DNA of 64,000 nt from a bacterium (lineage in GTDB: Bacteria; JAMCPX01; DATBWZ01): assembly GCA_036514535.1 (NCBI GenBank), contig DATBWZ010000039.1:5919-69918 (forward strand). The letters run 5' to 3'. Under the pieces are notes generated by a model. The model was not told the DNA's origin. It searched no databases and saw only the letters and a program-made list of their open reading frames with translations. Positions 41,356-51,779 of this stretch are shown piece by piece. The position numbers were made by a program, and so were the translations under genes. The first letter of the stretch is position 1. Each line of letters starts with the position of its first letter.

Positions 41356-43182
41356 ATGCAGAGAGGAATTATAGTGCTGCTGGTTATTGTTGTTTTTTCT
41401 TTTATCCTTTACCAGCGTTTTTTGCCAACAGGGACAACCTTAAAAGAATTAACCTACTCAGAGTTTCTTGATGAGGTGGAAAAAAGCAATGTCAATGAAG
41501 TGGAAATAAGAAATGAAAATGTCTCCGGGAAGCTGAGCGATGGAGGGAGATTTAAAACCTATGCCTTTGTAGATTCAGACCTCTTAAAGAAATTGGCCAA
41601 TAAATCTGTTAAAATAACAATAAAACCGGCTGATTCTGAATCATTCTGGAAGGCGCTGTTAATTACCTGGTTGCCCACCCTTATAGTGTTTTTTTTAATA
41701 GTTATGATGTTCAGACAGATGCAGTCTGCCGGAGGAAAAGCCTTTACTTTTGGGAAAAGCAGGGCAAGGGTGATGACGCAGGATAAGAATAAGGTTACAT
41801 TCAAGGATGTAGCCGGAATTGATGAGGTGAAAGAAGAACTTAAAGAAATTATTGATTTTCTTAAGGACCATAAAAAATATACAAGGCTGGGCGGCAGGAT
41901 TCCCAAAGGTGTTTTGCTTGTGGGGGCGCCTGGAACCGGGAAAACGCTCCTTGCTCGTGCTATTGCGGGAGAAGCGGGAGTTCCCTTTTTCAATATCAGC
42001 GGCTCGGATTTTGTTGAGATGTTTGTTGGCGTGGGTGCAGCACGGGTAAGGGATCTTTTTGAGACAGCAAAGAAGAGCTCTCCCTGCATTCTTTTTATTG
42101 ACGAGATTGATGCCGTAGGCCGGCACAGGGGCGCGGGCCTCGGTGGCGGACATGATGAAAGGGAACAAACATTGAATCAACTGCTTGTAGAGATGGACGG
42201 ATTTGAGCCCGGTACCGGAATTATTATAATCGCTGCAACAAACAGGCCTGATATTCTTGATCCGGCGCTTATGCGCCCTGGCAGGTTTGACAGGAGAATT
42301 GTAGTGCCTACGCCGGATGTAAAGGGGAGGGAGGAAATTCTAAAGGTTCACACAAGGAAGACCGTAATGGAAGAGAATGTTGATGTAAAACTCATAGCCC
42401 GCGGGACTGCCGGATTTACAGGGGCGGATCTTGAGAACCTGGTAAACGAAGCAGCATTGCTTGCCGCCAGAAAAGACAAGGATAAAGTAGCTACGGATGA
42501 TTTTGAAGAAGCAAAGGATAAAGTTCTTATGGGAGTTGCGCGCAGAAGCATGATTATCAGCGATTCAGAACGAAAGACCACCGCTTATCATGAAACGGGT
42601 CATACCCTGGTAGCAAAAATACTTCCGGGAACGGACCCAATTTATAAGGTTACAATAATACCGAGGGGTATGGCTCTTGGGATGACACAGCAACTGCCAA
42701 TTGATGACAGGCATATTTATCCAAAGGAGTATATCCTTAATACAATTACCGTATTAATGGGAGGCAGGGTTGCAGAGGAAATAGTTTTCAATCACATAAC
42801 CACCGGAGCGGGGAATGATATTGAACGGGCTACAGAAATTGCTAGAAAAATGGTCTGCGAATGGGGGATGAGTGAAACGCTTGGTCCGCTTACTTATGGA
42901 AAAAAAGAGGAGCTGATCTTCCTCGGCAAAGAAATAACCCAACATAAAGATTACAGTGAATCGACAGCGCAGGAGATTGATTCAGAAGTAAAAAAGATTG
43001 TGACGGAATGCTACAAAAAAGCAAAACAGATACTGACAGATAACGCTGATTTATTGCATTTGCTTGCCCAGAGATTGCTGGAAAAAGAAGTTCTTGACAA
43101 TGCTAATATTGATGCACTGATACAGGAGCATAACAAAATAAAAGATAATCCCCAGACAATAGACCCAGGGGTAAGGGCTTGA
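41356..43182 (+). CDS. ftsH: ATP-dependent zinc metalloprotease FtsH.
   Basis: N-terminal TM. AAA+ Walker [12 protein letters not shown]. Zn-binding HETGH. 608 aa. Confidence 0.97.
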   Translation: MQRGIIVLLVIVVFSFILYQRFLPTGTTLKELTYSEFLDEVEKSNVNEVEIRNENVSGKLSDGGRFKTYAFVDSDLLKKLANKSVKITIKPADSESFWKALLITWLPTLIVFFLIVMMFRQMQSAGGKAFTFGKSRARVMTQDKNKVTFKDVAGIDEVKEELKEIIDFLKDHKKYTRLGGRIPKGVLLVGAPGTGKTLLARAIAGEAGVPFFNISGSDFVEMFVGVGAARVRDLFETAKKSSPCILFIDEIDAVGRHRGAGLGGGHDEREQTLNQLLVEMDGFEPGTGIIIIAATNRPDILDPALMRPGRFDRRIVVPTPDVKGREEILKVHTRKTVMEENVDVKLIARGTAGFTGADLENLVNEAALLAARKDKDKVATDDFEEAKDKVLMGVARRSMIISDSERKTTAYHETGHTLVAKILPGTDPIYKVTIIPRGMALGMTQQLPIDDRHIYPKEYILNTITVLMGGRVAEEIVFNHITTGAGNDIERATEIARKMVCEWGMSETLGPLTYGKKEELIFLGKEITQHKDYSESTAQEIDSEVKKIVTECYKKAKQILTDNADLLHLLAQRLLEKEVLDNANIDALIQEHNKIKDNPQTIDPGVRA

Positions 43183-44396
43183 TCCCGGTTTTCTTAAGAA
43201 TAAATACATTAGAAGAAGCTAAAAATGAACTGAAGGCTGTGGATGTTGCTTCAGTTGGCATAGAACTGATGGCACCAAAGATGCTGAATCTGAACATTAA
43301 GCTTAAATCAGTACCTCTTAAGACTGCGAATATTCTAAAACAGGAAATGCTTTCAATCGGCGGGGATGCAGCTGTATCAAAAGGGGCTCTTGATTTGAGT
43401 GTTGACTCTTCGGATGTAATACTTATAGGAACAAACAAACATTTTAGAAGACTATGCGAAAAATTAATCTATCAGCCCTTCGGTTTGCAGGAATTAAGCA
43501 GAACACTTGTTAAGCATATAGAAAATTATTTTAAAAATAACCGGATTCTAAAATTAAACGGTTCGGTTATAGATTTTGGTGCCGGGCCGAAAATAATGGG
43601 CATCGTAAATATAACACCTGATTCCTTCTATGATGGAGGACTATACTATGATAAGGATAAAGCAATTAAATATGCTATCGGGCTTGCGGAGGAGGGCGCG
43701 GACATAATAGATATCGGCGGCGAATCCACCCGCCCCGGCTCCAAACCGGTAGGTCTTGAGGAAGAATTGAGCAGGGTTCTACCTGTAGTTGCTGAGGTTT
43801 CTAAAAGAATCTCAATCCCTCTTTCCATTGATACCTCAAAATCAGAAGTTGCAGCGAGGGCTGTTGATGCAGGAGCCCAAATTATTAACGATATAAGCGG
43901 AATGCAGTTTGACCCTAATATGGTGCATGTTGCAGCAAAGAAAAAGGTTCCGGTGGTTCTGATGCATATAAAGGGAACTACTGCCACAATGCAAGACAAT
44001 CCTTATTATGAAGATGTAATCCAGGAAATGCTTGATTATTTCAGCGAGAGAACGGAGTATGCATTTGAAAACGGGCTTAAGGCGGACAATATCATCCTTG
44101 ATCCTGGTATTGGTTTTGGCAAAAGACTAACGGATAATTTAGAGATATTGAAAAAATTGGATGCCTTCAGGATATTCGGTATGCCGCTGTTAGTTGGCGT
44201 CTCAAGAAAGTCTTTTATAGGCAAGATACTCAATCTGGATGCTCATGATAGACTTGAGGGATCCATCTCTGCCGGACTCTGTGCGATTTCAAGGGGCGCA
44301 GATATTATACGTGTCCACGATGTCAAACGAACAAAACAGGCTTTAACAATTTATAACGCAATTGAAAACAGTCATAGGACTTTGAATTTTGTATGA
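43179..44396 (+). CDS. folP: Dihydropteroate synthase with ~120-aa N-terminal extension.
   Basis: Pterin-binding core begins at MGIVNITPDSFYDGG. Conserved DIGGESTRPG. 4-nt overlap with ftsH. Confidence 0.88.
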   Translation: MIPVFLRINTLEEAKNELKAVDVASVGIELMAPKMLNLNIKLKSVPLKTANILKQEMLSIGGDAAVSKGALDLSVDSSDVILIGTNKHFRRLCEKLIYQPFGLQELSRTLVKHIENYFKNNRILKLNGSVIDFGAGPKIMGIVNITPDSFYDGGLYYDKDKAIKYAIGLAEEGADIIDIGGESTRPGSKPVGLEEELSRVLPVVAEVSKRISIPLSIDTSKSEVAARAVDAGAQIINDISGMQFDPNMVHVAAKKKVPVVLMHIKGTTATMQDNPYYEDVIQEMLDYFSERTEYAFENGLKADNIILDPGIGFGKRLTDNLEILKKLDAFRIFGMPLLVGVSRKSFIGKILNLDAHDRLEGSISAGLCAISRGADIIRVHDVKRTKQALTIYNAIENSHRTLNFV

Positions 44397-45166
44397 TTGC
44401 AAAAGATATGCTTAATTTATTATGGAACATTCTTGATGTCCTCCTCGTTGCGTATATAGTTTACAGGATTCTTCTGTTGTTAAAAGGAACAAGGGCACAG
44501 CAGATGCTCGTTGGTCTGATTGTAATTATAACTGCTTTTTTTATAACTGATTTCCTCAAGCTAAATACATTAAACTGGTTTCTGTCAGGAATTATCGGGT
44601 CAATAGTTCTGATAGTAATTGTTCTTTTTCAGGACGAGATCCGGAGAGGGCTTGTTCAGGTTGGGAAAAAATCCATATTGTTAAACCAGGAGACAATAAA
44701 TAAAACTGTTGCCATAGAAGAGATTATAAAAGCTGCCGGAGAGATGGCGTCAAAAAAAACAGGCGCCCTTATTATTCTTGAACAAAGGAACAATCTGGAC
44801 AACAACATTGAAATAGGAACAATCATAGATTCCGACATAAAGTCAGAATTGCTTCAAAGTATATTCCAACAAAATTCCCCCTTGCATGATGGAGCTGTTG
44901 TGGTACGGAATGTCCGGATATTTGCTGCTGGCTGTATATTGCCTATCTCAACAACACCAGATGTTATAAAAAAGATTGGAACAAGGCACAGGGCAGCTTT
45001 AGGTATATCAGAAATTACCGATGCAGTTGCGATTGTGGTTTCGGAAGAAACGGGATCTATTTCTTTTGTAACAGGAGGGGAAATACATTATAATCTAACA
45101 AGTTCGGGGTTAAGACAATTTTTGATTGTCACCCTTGAACTTGCAGAGAACAAAGATGAAGCTTAA
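44393..45166 (+). CDS. cdaA: Membrane-anchored diadenylate cyclase (c-di-AMP synthase, DisA_N/DAC domain).
   Basis: Three N-terminal TM helices. DAC motifs DGAVVV and RHRAALGISE...IVVSEETGSIS. 257 aa. Confidence 0.9.
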   Translation: MIAKDMLNLLWNILDVLLVAYIVYRILLLLKGTRAQQMLVGLIVIITAFFITDFLKLNTLNWFLSGIIGSIVLIVIVLFQDEIRRGLVQVGKKSILLNQETINKTVAIEEIIKAAGEMASKKTGALIILEQRNNLDNNIEIGTIIDSDIKSELLQSIFQQNSPLHDGAVVVRNVRIFAAGCILPISTTPDVIKKIGTRHRAALGISEITDAVAIVVSEETGSISFVTGGEIHYNLTSSGLRQFLIVTLELAENKDEA

Positions 45167-46091
45167 TAAAATTTTTGAAAAACTGGCGCAAAATTTATCA
45201 TTAAAAATTTTAGCACTTCTTATAGCATTGGTTCTCTGGTCCTATGTTGTGGGAATTAGGCAGACTGCAACAGTGATAAAAGTACCCGTGGAAGTGACAC
45301 ATACGCCGGATTCAATGATGATTACTTCTCCCATCCCTAAATTTGTAAATATGAAGGTCTCGGGACCAAGGAGTAAACTGTATGAATTTTCATCAAAAAA
45401 CTTGGTGTATGAAATTAATGTGTCGGGGATGCAGACAGGGCGGAATATTTTTTATTTTGATCTTGAGGAAATAAACTTTCCCGGCAATCTAAAGCCAATT
45501 TGGATCAGCCCGGCGAATATAACTATTGAAATTGCCGAGGTTATAAGCAAACCTATTGAGGTTGAAGCAAACATTATTGGAAACCCGGGCAAGGGATACG
45601 CTGTAAAAAGTATAGAATTAAAACCCAAGAAGATAGAAATAACAGGGACTTTGAATACCCTGCAAAATGTAGAAAAAATATATACAAAGCCATTTGATAT
45701 AAGCGGGGAAACAGAGAATAAGTTGGGTTTACTTTTACCGCTTGAATTTTTAGATATTAAATATAAAAACATAGAAGCGGAGACTGTATTCGTGGATATC
45801 TATATTGGCCCAAAGATTGTTACAAGGGTAATCAGCGATTACCGTGTTGATGTAATTAATAATGGGATAAATTTCAAGATATTTCCGGAAGCATTGAATA
45901 TAGAACTCAGCGGACCAGAACTTGTTCTTGAAACATTTCCATTGAAAGATCTGAAGGCATATATTAACATTGAAACTATGAAACCAGGGAATTATAATAT
46001 CAAACCTGTAGTTGAACTTCCGGACCAAATAATTCTTGAACATCTTAACCCTGAGAGCATAAGCGTTACAATTTTACCTGTGAAAAAATAA
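45126..46091 (+). CDS. cdaR: YbbR-domain protein (CdaR-like regulator of CdaA).
   Basis: N-terminal TM plus repeated YbbR-like beta-rich domains. Conserved position between cdaA and glmM. Confidence 0.7.
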   Translation: MSPLNLQRTKMKLNKIFEKLAQNLSLKILALLIALVLWSYVVGIRQTATVIKVPVEVTHTPDSMMITSPIPKFVNMKVSGPRSKLYEFSSKNLVYEINVSGMQTGRNIFYFDLEEINFPGNLKPIWISPANITIEIAEVISKPIEVEANIIGNPGKGYAVKSIELKPKKIEITGTLNTLQNVEKIYTKPFDISGETENKLGLLLPLEFLDIKYKNIEAETVFVDIYIGPKIVTRVISDYRVDVINNGINFKIFPEALNIELSGPELVLETFPLKDLKAYINIETMKPGNYNIKPVVELPDQIILEHLNPESISVTILPVKK

Positions 46092-46111
46092 AGTTAAATG
46101 CAGGGGTTATT

Positions 46112-47467
46112 GTGAGTAGATTATTCGGGACAGATGGTATTCGTGGTGTTGTAAATAGCGAACCGATGACTGTGGATACGGTTCTGAAAATCGGCAAAGC
46201 AATAGCGCATGTTTTTCGCAGCCGCAGTAAAAAAAGCCGCTTTCTTATTGGCAAGGACACCCGGTTATCCGGTTATATGTTTGAAACAGCTCTTTCTGCC
46301 GGCATTTGTTCCATGGGGGCAGATGTTTTGCTCGTCGGACCTCTTCCTACCCCGGGGGTCGCTTTTGTAACCACGGATTTAAGAGCTGATGCTGGCTCAG
46401 TAATTTCTGCATCCCACAATTTATATCAGGATAACGGGATAAAATTCTTTGCCCCCGATGGATTTAAACTTCCGGACAGACTTGAAGAACAAATTGAGAG
46501 TTTGGTTCTTTCCAGCGAGATAAACAAGGTTAATTCCAGATCTATTAATACCGGAAAAGCTTACAGGGTTGCTGATGCTATAGGCAGGTATATGGTATTT
46601 TTAAAGAATGTGATACCTAAAGGTATCACATTTGACGGGATAAAGGTAGTTCTTGATTGTGCGAACGGTGCTGCATATAAGATAGCTCCGGCGTTACTGG
46701 AAGATCTTGGCTGTAAGGTGGTTTCTATAAATACTAAACCTACGGGCAAGAACATAAATCACAACTGCGGCGCCATGTATCCACAGGAAATGGCATCAGC
46801 TGTTAAAAGGGTTGGGGCAGACGTAGGTTTTTCTCTTGATGGCGATGGAGACAGGCTGATTGCATCTGATGAAAAAGGAAATGTCCTTGATGGCGATCAT
46901 CTTATATATATTTTTGCGAAATACATGAAGAAGAAAAAAAAACTTAACAGCAATATGGTTGTGTCAACCCACATGTCAAATTTCGGATTGGAACAGGTCC
47001 TTTCAGAATTAGGGATTAAGTTTTTGAGAACCAGTGTAGGGGACAGATATGTTGTGGAAGAAATGAGAAAAAATAATTTAAATTTGGGAGGCGAGCAATC
47101 GGGGCACATAGTTTTTCTGAACCACCATACCACAGGAGATGGATTGATAACCGCTCTTAAGCTTTTGTTGATTTTAAAAGATACTGCTACACCTCTTTCA
47201 TTGTTAACAAAGGGTATCCATATTTACCCGCAGATTCTCAAAAACATATCTGTACCGGAGAAGAAGGAAATTAGTGAAATGCCGGCCCTCGTAAAGGAGA
47301 TAAATTCAGTAAAGAAAAATCTTGGAAACGCAGGGAGGATTTTTGTAAGATATTCCGGCACCGAGAATATTCTTAGAATTATGATAGAGGGCAGGGACGA
47401 AAGAACAATTAAAAAATATGCGGGCAGTATCGCCAGTATTGCCCGGGAAAAAATCGGAGCAACTTAA
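46112..47467 (+). CDS. glmM: Phosphoglucosamine mutase.
   Basis: GTDGIRG N-terminus. Active-site Ser in ISASHN. 451 aa. Confidence 0.95.
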   Translation: MSRLFGTDGIRGVVNSEPMTVDTVLKIGKAIAHVFRSRSKKSRFLIGKDTRLSGYMFETALSAGICSMGADVLLVGPLPTPGVAFVTTDLRADAGSVISASHNLYQDNGIKFFAPDGFKLPDRLEEQIESLVLSSEINKVNSRSINTGKAYRVADAIGRYMVFLKNVIPKGITFDGIKVVLDCANGAAYKIAPALLEDLGCKVVSINTKPTGKNINHNCGAMYPQEMASAVKRVGADVGFSLDGDGDRLIASDEKGNVLDGDHLIYIFAKYMKKKKKLNSNMVVSTHMSNFGLEQVLSELGIKFLRTSVGDRYVVEEMRKNNLNLGGEQSGHIVFLNHHTTGDGLITALKLLLILKDTATPLSLLTKGIHIYPQILKNISVPEKKEISEMPALVKEINSVKKNLGNAGRIFVRYSGTENILRIMIEGRDERTIKKYAGSIASIAREKIGAT

Positions 47468-47476
47468 GGAGGGTAA

Positions 47477-48214
47477 ATGCCAAACTTAGCTGTTAATATC
47501 GATCACATTGCAACCCTCCGCGAAGCGCGGAAGGGAAATACCCCGGATCCTGTCCCTGCCGCTGCTCTTGCGGAGCTTGCCGGAGCGGATGGTATAGTGG
47601 TCCATCTCAGAGAGGACAGAAGGCATATCAAAGAGAGGGATGTGGATCTTTTGCGTAAAACAGTTAAAACCAGATTGATCCTTGAAATGGCGCCAACACA
47701 GGAGATGTTGAAGATTGTTTTCTCTATAAAACCGGATATGGTAACGCTTGTCCCGGAGAGAAGGGAAGAACTGACAACGGAAAGCGGGCTTGATATTATA
47801 CTTGCGCTTGATTCGCTCAAAAAGTATGTTCGTACACTGAAAGATGGCAATATAACTGTGAGCATATTTGTAAATCCTGATCTTGATCAGATAAAAGCAG
47901 CGCATAAGATAGGAACGGATTATATTGAGATTCATACTGGCTTGTATGCTGAAGCGAGGAAATCGGATGAATCAAAATTCGAATTTGAGAAGATTCTAAA
48001 CGCTGCAAAGTTTGCATCAAAATTAGGGTTGGGAATTAATGCAGGGCATGGCTTGGACTACAACAATGTGCAGACGATAGCGCAAATTGGTGAAATTGAG
48101 GAATTAAGTATAGGTCACAGTATTATGAGCAGAGCGATGTACACAGGGATACTGCAGGCCGTAAAGGAGATGAAGCAGTTGATTTTTGAGGCATTAATGC
48201 TTTCGGAGGGATGA
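47477..48214 (+). CDS. pdxJ: Pyridoxine 5'-phosphate synthase.
   Basis: N-terminus [15 protein letters not shown]. 245 aa. Confidence 0.92.
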   Translation: MPNLAVNIDHIATLREARKGNTPDPVPAAALAELAGADGIVVHLREDRRHIKERDVDLLRKTVKTRLILEMAPTQEMLKIVFSIKPDMVTLVPERREELTTESGLDIILALDSLKKYVRTLKDGNITVSIFVNPDLDQIKAAHKIGTDYIEIHTGLYAEARKSDESKFEFEKILNAAKFASKLGLGINAGHGLDYNNVQTIAQIGEIEELSIGHSIMSRAMYTGILQAVKEMKQLIFEALMLSEG

Positions 48215-48215
48215 G

Positions 48216-48647
48216 ATGGAAAGGACGCTTTCAATTATAAAACCAGACGGTGTTCAAAAAAATATTACAGGGGAGATAATAAAAAGATTTGAGGGGAACG
48301 ACTTAAGAATAGCCGGCATGAAAATGTTGCACCTAACAAGGAAAGAATGCATGGAGTTTTATCATATTCATAGAGATAAGCCCTTTTATCCGAGTCTTGT
48401 AGAATTTATGTCATACGGTCCAGTGGTGGTTATGGTTCTTGAGGGAGAGAATTCAATTGAGAAAAACAGGAGTCTCATGGGGGCAACCGATCCTGCCGAG
48501 GCCGCAAAGGGAACAATCAGGAGCGATTTTGGAACAAATATTGAACGGAATGCTGTCCATGGCTCCGATTCCTATAAAACCGCAGAATGGGAGATAAAAT
48601 TTTTTTTCAAGGATTTTGAAATATTCAGCAGATACAGAAACTATTAA
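48216..48647 (+). CDS. ndk: Nucleoside diphosphate kinase.
   Basis: [10 protein letters not shown] and active-site NAVHGSD. 143 aa. Confidence 0.95.
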   Translation: MERTLSIIKPDGVQKNITGEIIKRFEGNDLRIAGMKMLHLTRKECMEFYHIHRDKPFYPSLVEFMSYGPVVVMVLEGENSIEKNRSLMGATDPAEAAKGTIRSDFGTNIERNAVHGSDSYKTAEWEIKFFFKDFEIFSRYRNY

Positions 48648-48649
48648 AT

Positions 48650-49681
48650 TTGCATAACTTGTTAAAGCGCGATTTTAAAAATTTCACATACAACGACCTT
48701 GAAAATTTTCTAAATTCAATTGGTGAAAAGCCTTACAGGGCGCACCAATTGTTTGATTGGGTATATAGAAAAAACATAAAATGTTTTTCAAAAATGACTA
48801 ATATTTCCAAAGAATTAAGAACGAAATTTAATGAATTACTTTTGATTTATGAACAGCCGGATTATGAAGAATTTTCCTCAGGAGATGGCACAAAAAAGTA
48901 TCGTATAAAACTTGAGAATAGAAATATTATTGAGTCGGTTTACATTCCGGAAACAAGAAGGGCAACCCTTTGTGTCTCCACTCAGTCGGGTTGCAATCTG
49001 GGATGCAGGTTCTGCCTTACAGGCAGGGGCGGCTTCAACAGAAACCTTACGGTTTCAGAAATGGTTGCGCAAGTTCTCCTTACGAAGGACAGTATTGCTG
49101 ATAAGAAACCACTAACGAACATTGTTCTTATGGGGATGGGCGAACCGCTTCTTAATTATGAAAATGTTGTTAAATTTATCAATATTCTTATAGATTCAAA
49201 AGGACTTGCTTTTGCAAAGAGAAAGGTCACTCTTTCAACAAGCGGAATACTGCCTGAACTGGATAATTTTATCAAGAATGTAGATGTTAGCCTTTCTATT
49301 TCGCTTAATGCTCCTGATGACGCAACCAGATCGTTAATTATGCCGGTTAACAAAAGGTTTAAACTTAAAGATATACTGGGAGTGGCAAGACAGTATCCTA
49401 AGGTTCGGAAAAGGATGGTCACTTTTGAATATGTGTTGATCAGCGGCATTAACGATTCGCCGGATCATGCGCATGAACTGGCTAAGCTGCTTAAAGGCAT
49501 ACGATGCAAAATCAACCTTATCCCATATAACGAAAACCCGTTTTGCGAATTTCGCAAGCCATCGGATAACGTCGTAGCTGAGTTCCATGATCTGCTTATG
49601 AAATACAATTACACTGCCACCATACGCAAATCCAGGGGGCAGGAGATCTCTGCATCCTGCGGGCAACTGGGAGTTTTTTGA
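48650..49681 (+). CDS. rlmN: 23S rRNA/tRNA m2A methyltransferase, radical SAM.
   Basis: Radical-SAM CNLGCRFC motif and C-terminal Cys. 343 aa. Confidence 0.9.
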   Translation: MHNLLKRDFKNFTYNDLENFLNSIGEKPYRAHQLFDWVYRKNIKCFSKMTNISKELRTKFNELLLIYEQPDYEEFSSGDGTKKYRIKLENRNIIESVYIPETRRATLCVSTQSGCNLGCRFCLTGRGGFNRNLTVSEMVAQVLLTKDSIADKKPLTNIVLMGMGEPLLNYENVVKFINILIDSKGLAFAKRKVTLSTSGILPELDNFIKNVDVSLSISLNAPDDATRSLIMPVNKRFKLKDILGVARQYPKVRKRMVTFEYVLISGINDSPDHAHELAKLLKGIRCKINLIPYNENPFCEFRKPSDNVVAEFHDLLMKYNYTATIRKSRGQEISASCGQLGVF

Positions 49682-49693
49682 TTTCAGGAAGAT

Positions 49694-50278
49694 TTATGCA
49701 ATATTTGAATATTTTTTAATAAATGCATTTAATCTGGGTTCAATATCCCATTCTTTTGCCCATTTTTTAAGATACGTTAAATTGAGGTTTTTAAAATTAT
49801 ATTGAAAAACATTTTCTACATCCTGGATGTCAATCGGCCGGTTCGCTATTAGTTTATGAACAATCAAATCTTCGGGCGAGATAACCGGAACTTCAATATT
49901 AAAAATTTTCAGCCACACCTTTCTCTTTAAAGTCTCTTCTTGATATGGAATATGCGCCAGCATAAGATCTATCCTGATTATTATCCCGCGTCGTTTTTTA
50001 GTAACTTGTATAAGATCAGGAGGTTTTGAAGGGCCAAGAAACCTTATTTCAAATCCATTATCCTTCAGGTTGCGGACGATTTCTTCTAAGTCCTTTTCCG
50101 AAATAAAAACAACTAAATCAATATCATCGGTTGCCCTTGATCTTCCCCAGGCTCCAGCCGCCAGTCCTCCGAGAATAGCGTAGTCAATATTTCGTTTTTC
50201 AAAGATTGATTTGAGATGTTTTAAACTCTCTATAAAAAAGAGAGTAAAATCATCTGTTATTTTTTCTCCATCTTTCAT
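49694..50278 (-). CDS. Nucleotidyltransferase-fold protein (MNT/AbiEii/DUF2204-like), 194 aa. Possible toxin-antitoxin or antiphage component.
   Basis: Pol-beta-type NTase motif GGLAAGAWGRSRATDDIDLVVF (G-x-R/S...DxD). Convergent with rlmN. Not a recognisable housekeeping enzyme. Confidence 0.55.
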   Translation of the reverse strand: MKDGEKITDDFTLFFIESLKHLKSIFEKRNIDYAILGGLAAGAWGRSRATDDIDLVVFISEKDLEEIVRNLKDNGFEIRFLGPSKPPDLIQVTKKRRGIIIRIDLMLAHIPYQEETLKRKVWLKIFNIEVPVISPEDLIVHKLIANRPIDIQDVENVFQYNFKNLNLTYLKKWAKEWDIEPRLNAFIKKYSNIA

Positions 50279-50456
50279 ATAGTGATAGTATAGTTAAAAT
50301 ATCCTTATCTCCAAACCTTTCGTTTTCCGTCACTATTTCATTCTTAGTTTTCCACATTTTTTTTCCACCGGCAAGATGTATTTCGTAGGAAATGCCGGAC
50401 AAACTGATTGTGTTTTCCATATTTTTTGAAGCTGCTTTTCTAACTTTTTCAAGCAT
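50250..50456 (-). CDS. Small hypothetical protein (68 aa) immediately upstream of, and overlapping, the NTase gene. Possible cognate partner.
   Basis: ORF only. 29-nt overlap with the NTase start. No motif recognised. Confidence 0.3.
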   Translation of the reverse strand: MLEKVRKAASKNMENTISLSGISYEIHLAGGKKMWKTKNEIVTENERFGDKDILTILSLYERWRKNNR

Positions 50457-50554
50457 TTATATTCATTGTATAACAAATATTAATCCATGTCATCATTATT
50501 TTAACTTGTGCAATTTGCTATAATCTGAATAAAATTATAATTATAATAACGCTT

Positions 50555-51742
50555 ATGGTTGATCTTTTTAAAATAATTACGGTATTGCTGGCAATAATAT
50601 TTCTTACAAAGCGAAAATGGAACCTCGGATTGGTTATGATTTTCTGTACGTTTCTGATCGCACTTTTTTATAAAATGTCGTTACATGATTTAGGTAGAAG
50701 TTTTATTGTTACATCTACGGATTTCAAAACTGTCAATTTAATCCTTGCTCTTACACTTATCAGAGGGTTTGAATACATCCTGAGAAAAAAAGGGGTGCTT
50801 GCGGGAATGATGGATACCCTGAAAGGGCTGCTGCGGGGAAGCAGGGCAGTGATCCCCGTGATGCCATCTCTGATAGGAATGCTTCCTTCTGTAGGGGGCG
50901 CTCTCTTTTCCGCTCCAATGGTGCAGGAAACCACTAAGAATTTGAAAATATCACCTGAAAAAAAGAGTTTTATAAATTACTGGTTCAGGCATCCATGGGA
51001 ATATATATTGCCTCTCTACCCGGGGATCATACTTGCTTCGGGAATAGCAGGTGTTTCGCTCAGGAAATTTATAATTGAAAATTCCCTTTATGCTTTGGGC
51101 ATGGTTGTGATTGGCTACATTCTAGGTCTAAGAAAAATAAAAATGGATAATAATTCTACGAATTCTTTTAATATAAACGGAGTTAAGAATTTTTTGCCGT
51201 TTATCACACTATTAATATTCGTTCTGGTATTGCATTTTGATCTTCTTACTGCGCTTATACTTGAACTGATACTGGTTTTTGTATTTTTGAGATCACCGTT
51301 CTCTGAAATCGCTGAGACAATAAAAAAATCTATCTCACTTGAAATAATCACACTTATTTTCGGTATCATTCTGTTTAAAACAACAATGGAAATCAGCGGA
51401 GCGGTGAAAAATCTCAGCATATTCTTTACTGCAAATCAGGTGCCATTAATGCTTCTTTTGTTCTTTTTACCGTTTATTACAGGGCTCCTGACAGGATTTA
51501 CAGTAGGCTTTGTAGGTTCTACTTTTCCGCTTTTGCTATCTCTGATAAAAGGTAATACCATGCACCATGTTGTGTTTGCGTTTTGCTCCGGATATGTTGG
51601 AGTTTTGTTATCGCCGGTACATTTATGTCTTGTGCTCACAAGGCAGTACTTTGATGCAGATATGTGGCGGGTTTATATGAGGATATTGCCGGCAGCTATG
51701 TTTGTGCTGGCTATAGCTACGCTTAGGTATCTGTTTCAGTAA
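50555..51742 (+). CDS. Polytopic integral membrane protein of unknown function (395 aa, ~10-12 TM helices).
   Basis: Hydrophobic segments throughout. Preceded by an extended -10 promoter-like TGcTATAAT at ~50516-50524. Confidence 0.6.
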   Translation: MVDLFKIITVLLAIIFLTKRKWNLGLVMIFCTFLIALFYKMSLHDLGRSFIVTSTDFKTVNLILALTLIRGFEYILRKKGVLAGMMDTLKGLLRGSRAVIPVMPSLIGMLPSVGGALFSAPMVQETTKNLKISPEKKSFINYWFRHPWEYILPLYPGIILASGIAGVSLRKFIIENSLYALGMVVIGYILGLRKIKMDNNSTNSFNINGVKNFLPFITLLIFVLVLHFDLLTALILELILVFVFLRSPFSEIAETIKKSISLEIITLIFGIILFKTTMEISGAVKNLSIFFTANQVPLMLLLFFLPFITGLLTGFTVGFVGSTFPLLLSLIKGNTMHHVVFAFCSGYVGVLLSPVHLCLVLTRQYFDADMWRVYMRILPAAMFVLAIATLRYLFQ

Positions 51743-51779
51743 AAGATATTTTAAAGTAAACACTGAAGATAAAATCAAA

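Noticed and set aside
41559-42180. Two overlapping minus-strand ORFs (176 and 161 aa) inside ftsH.
   Set aside because: Antisense to the AAA+ domain of FtsH. GC-rich codon-position artefacts.
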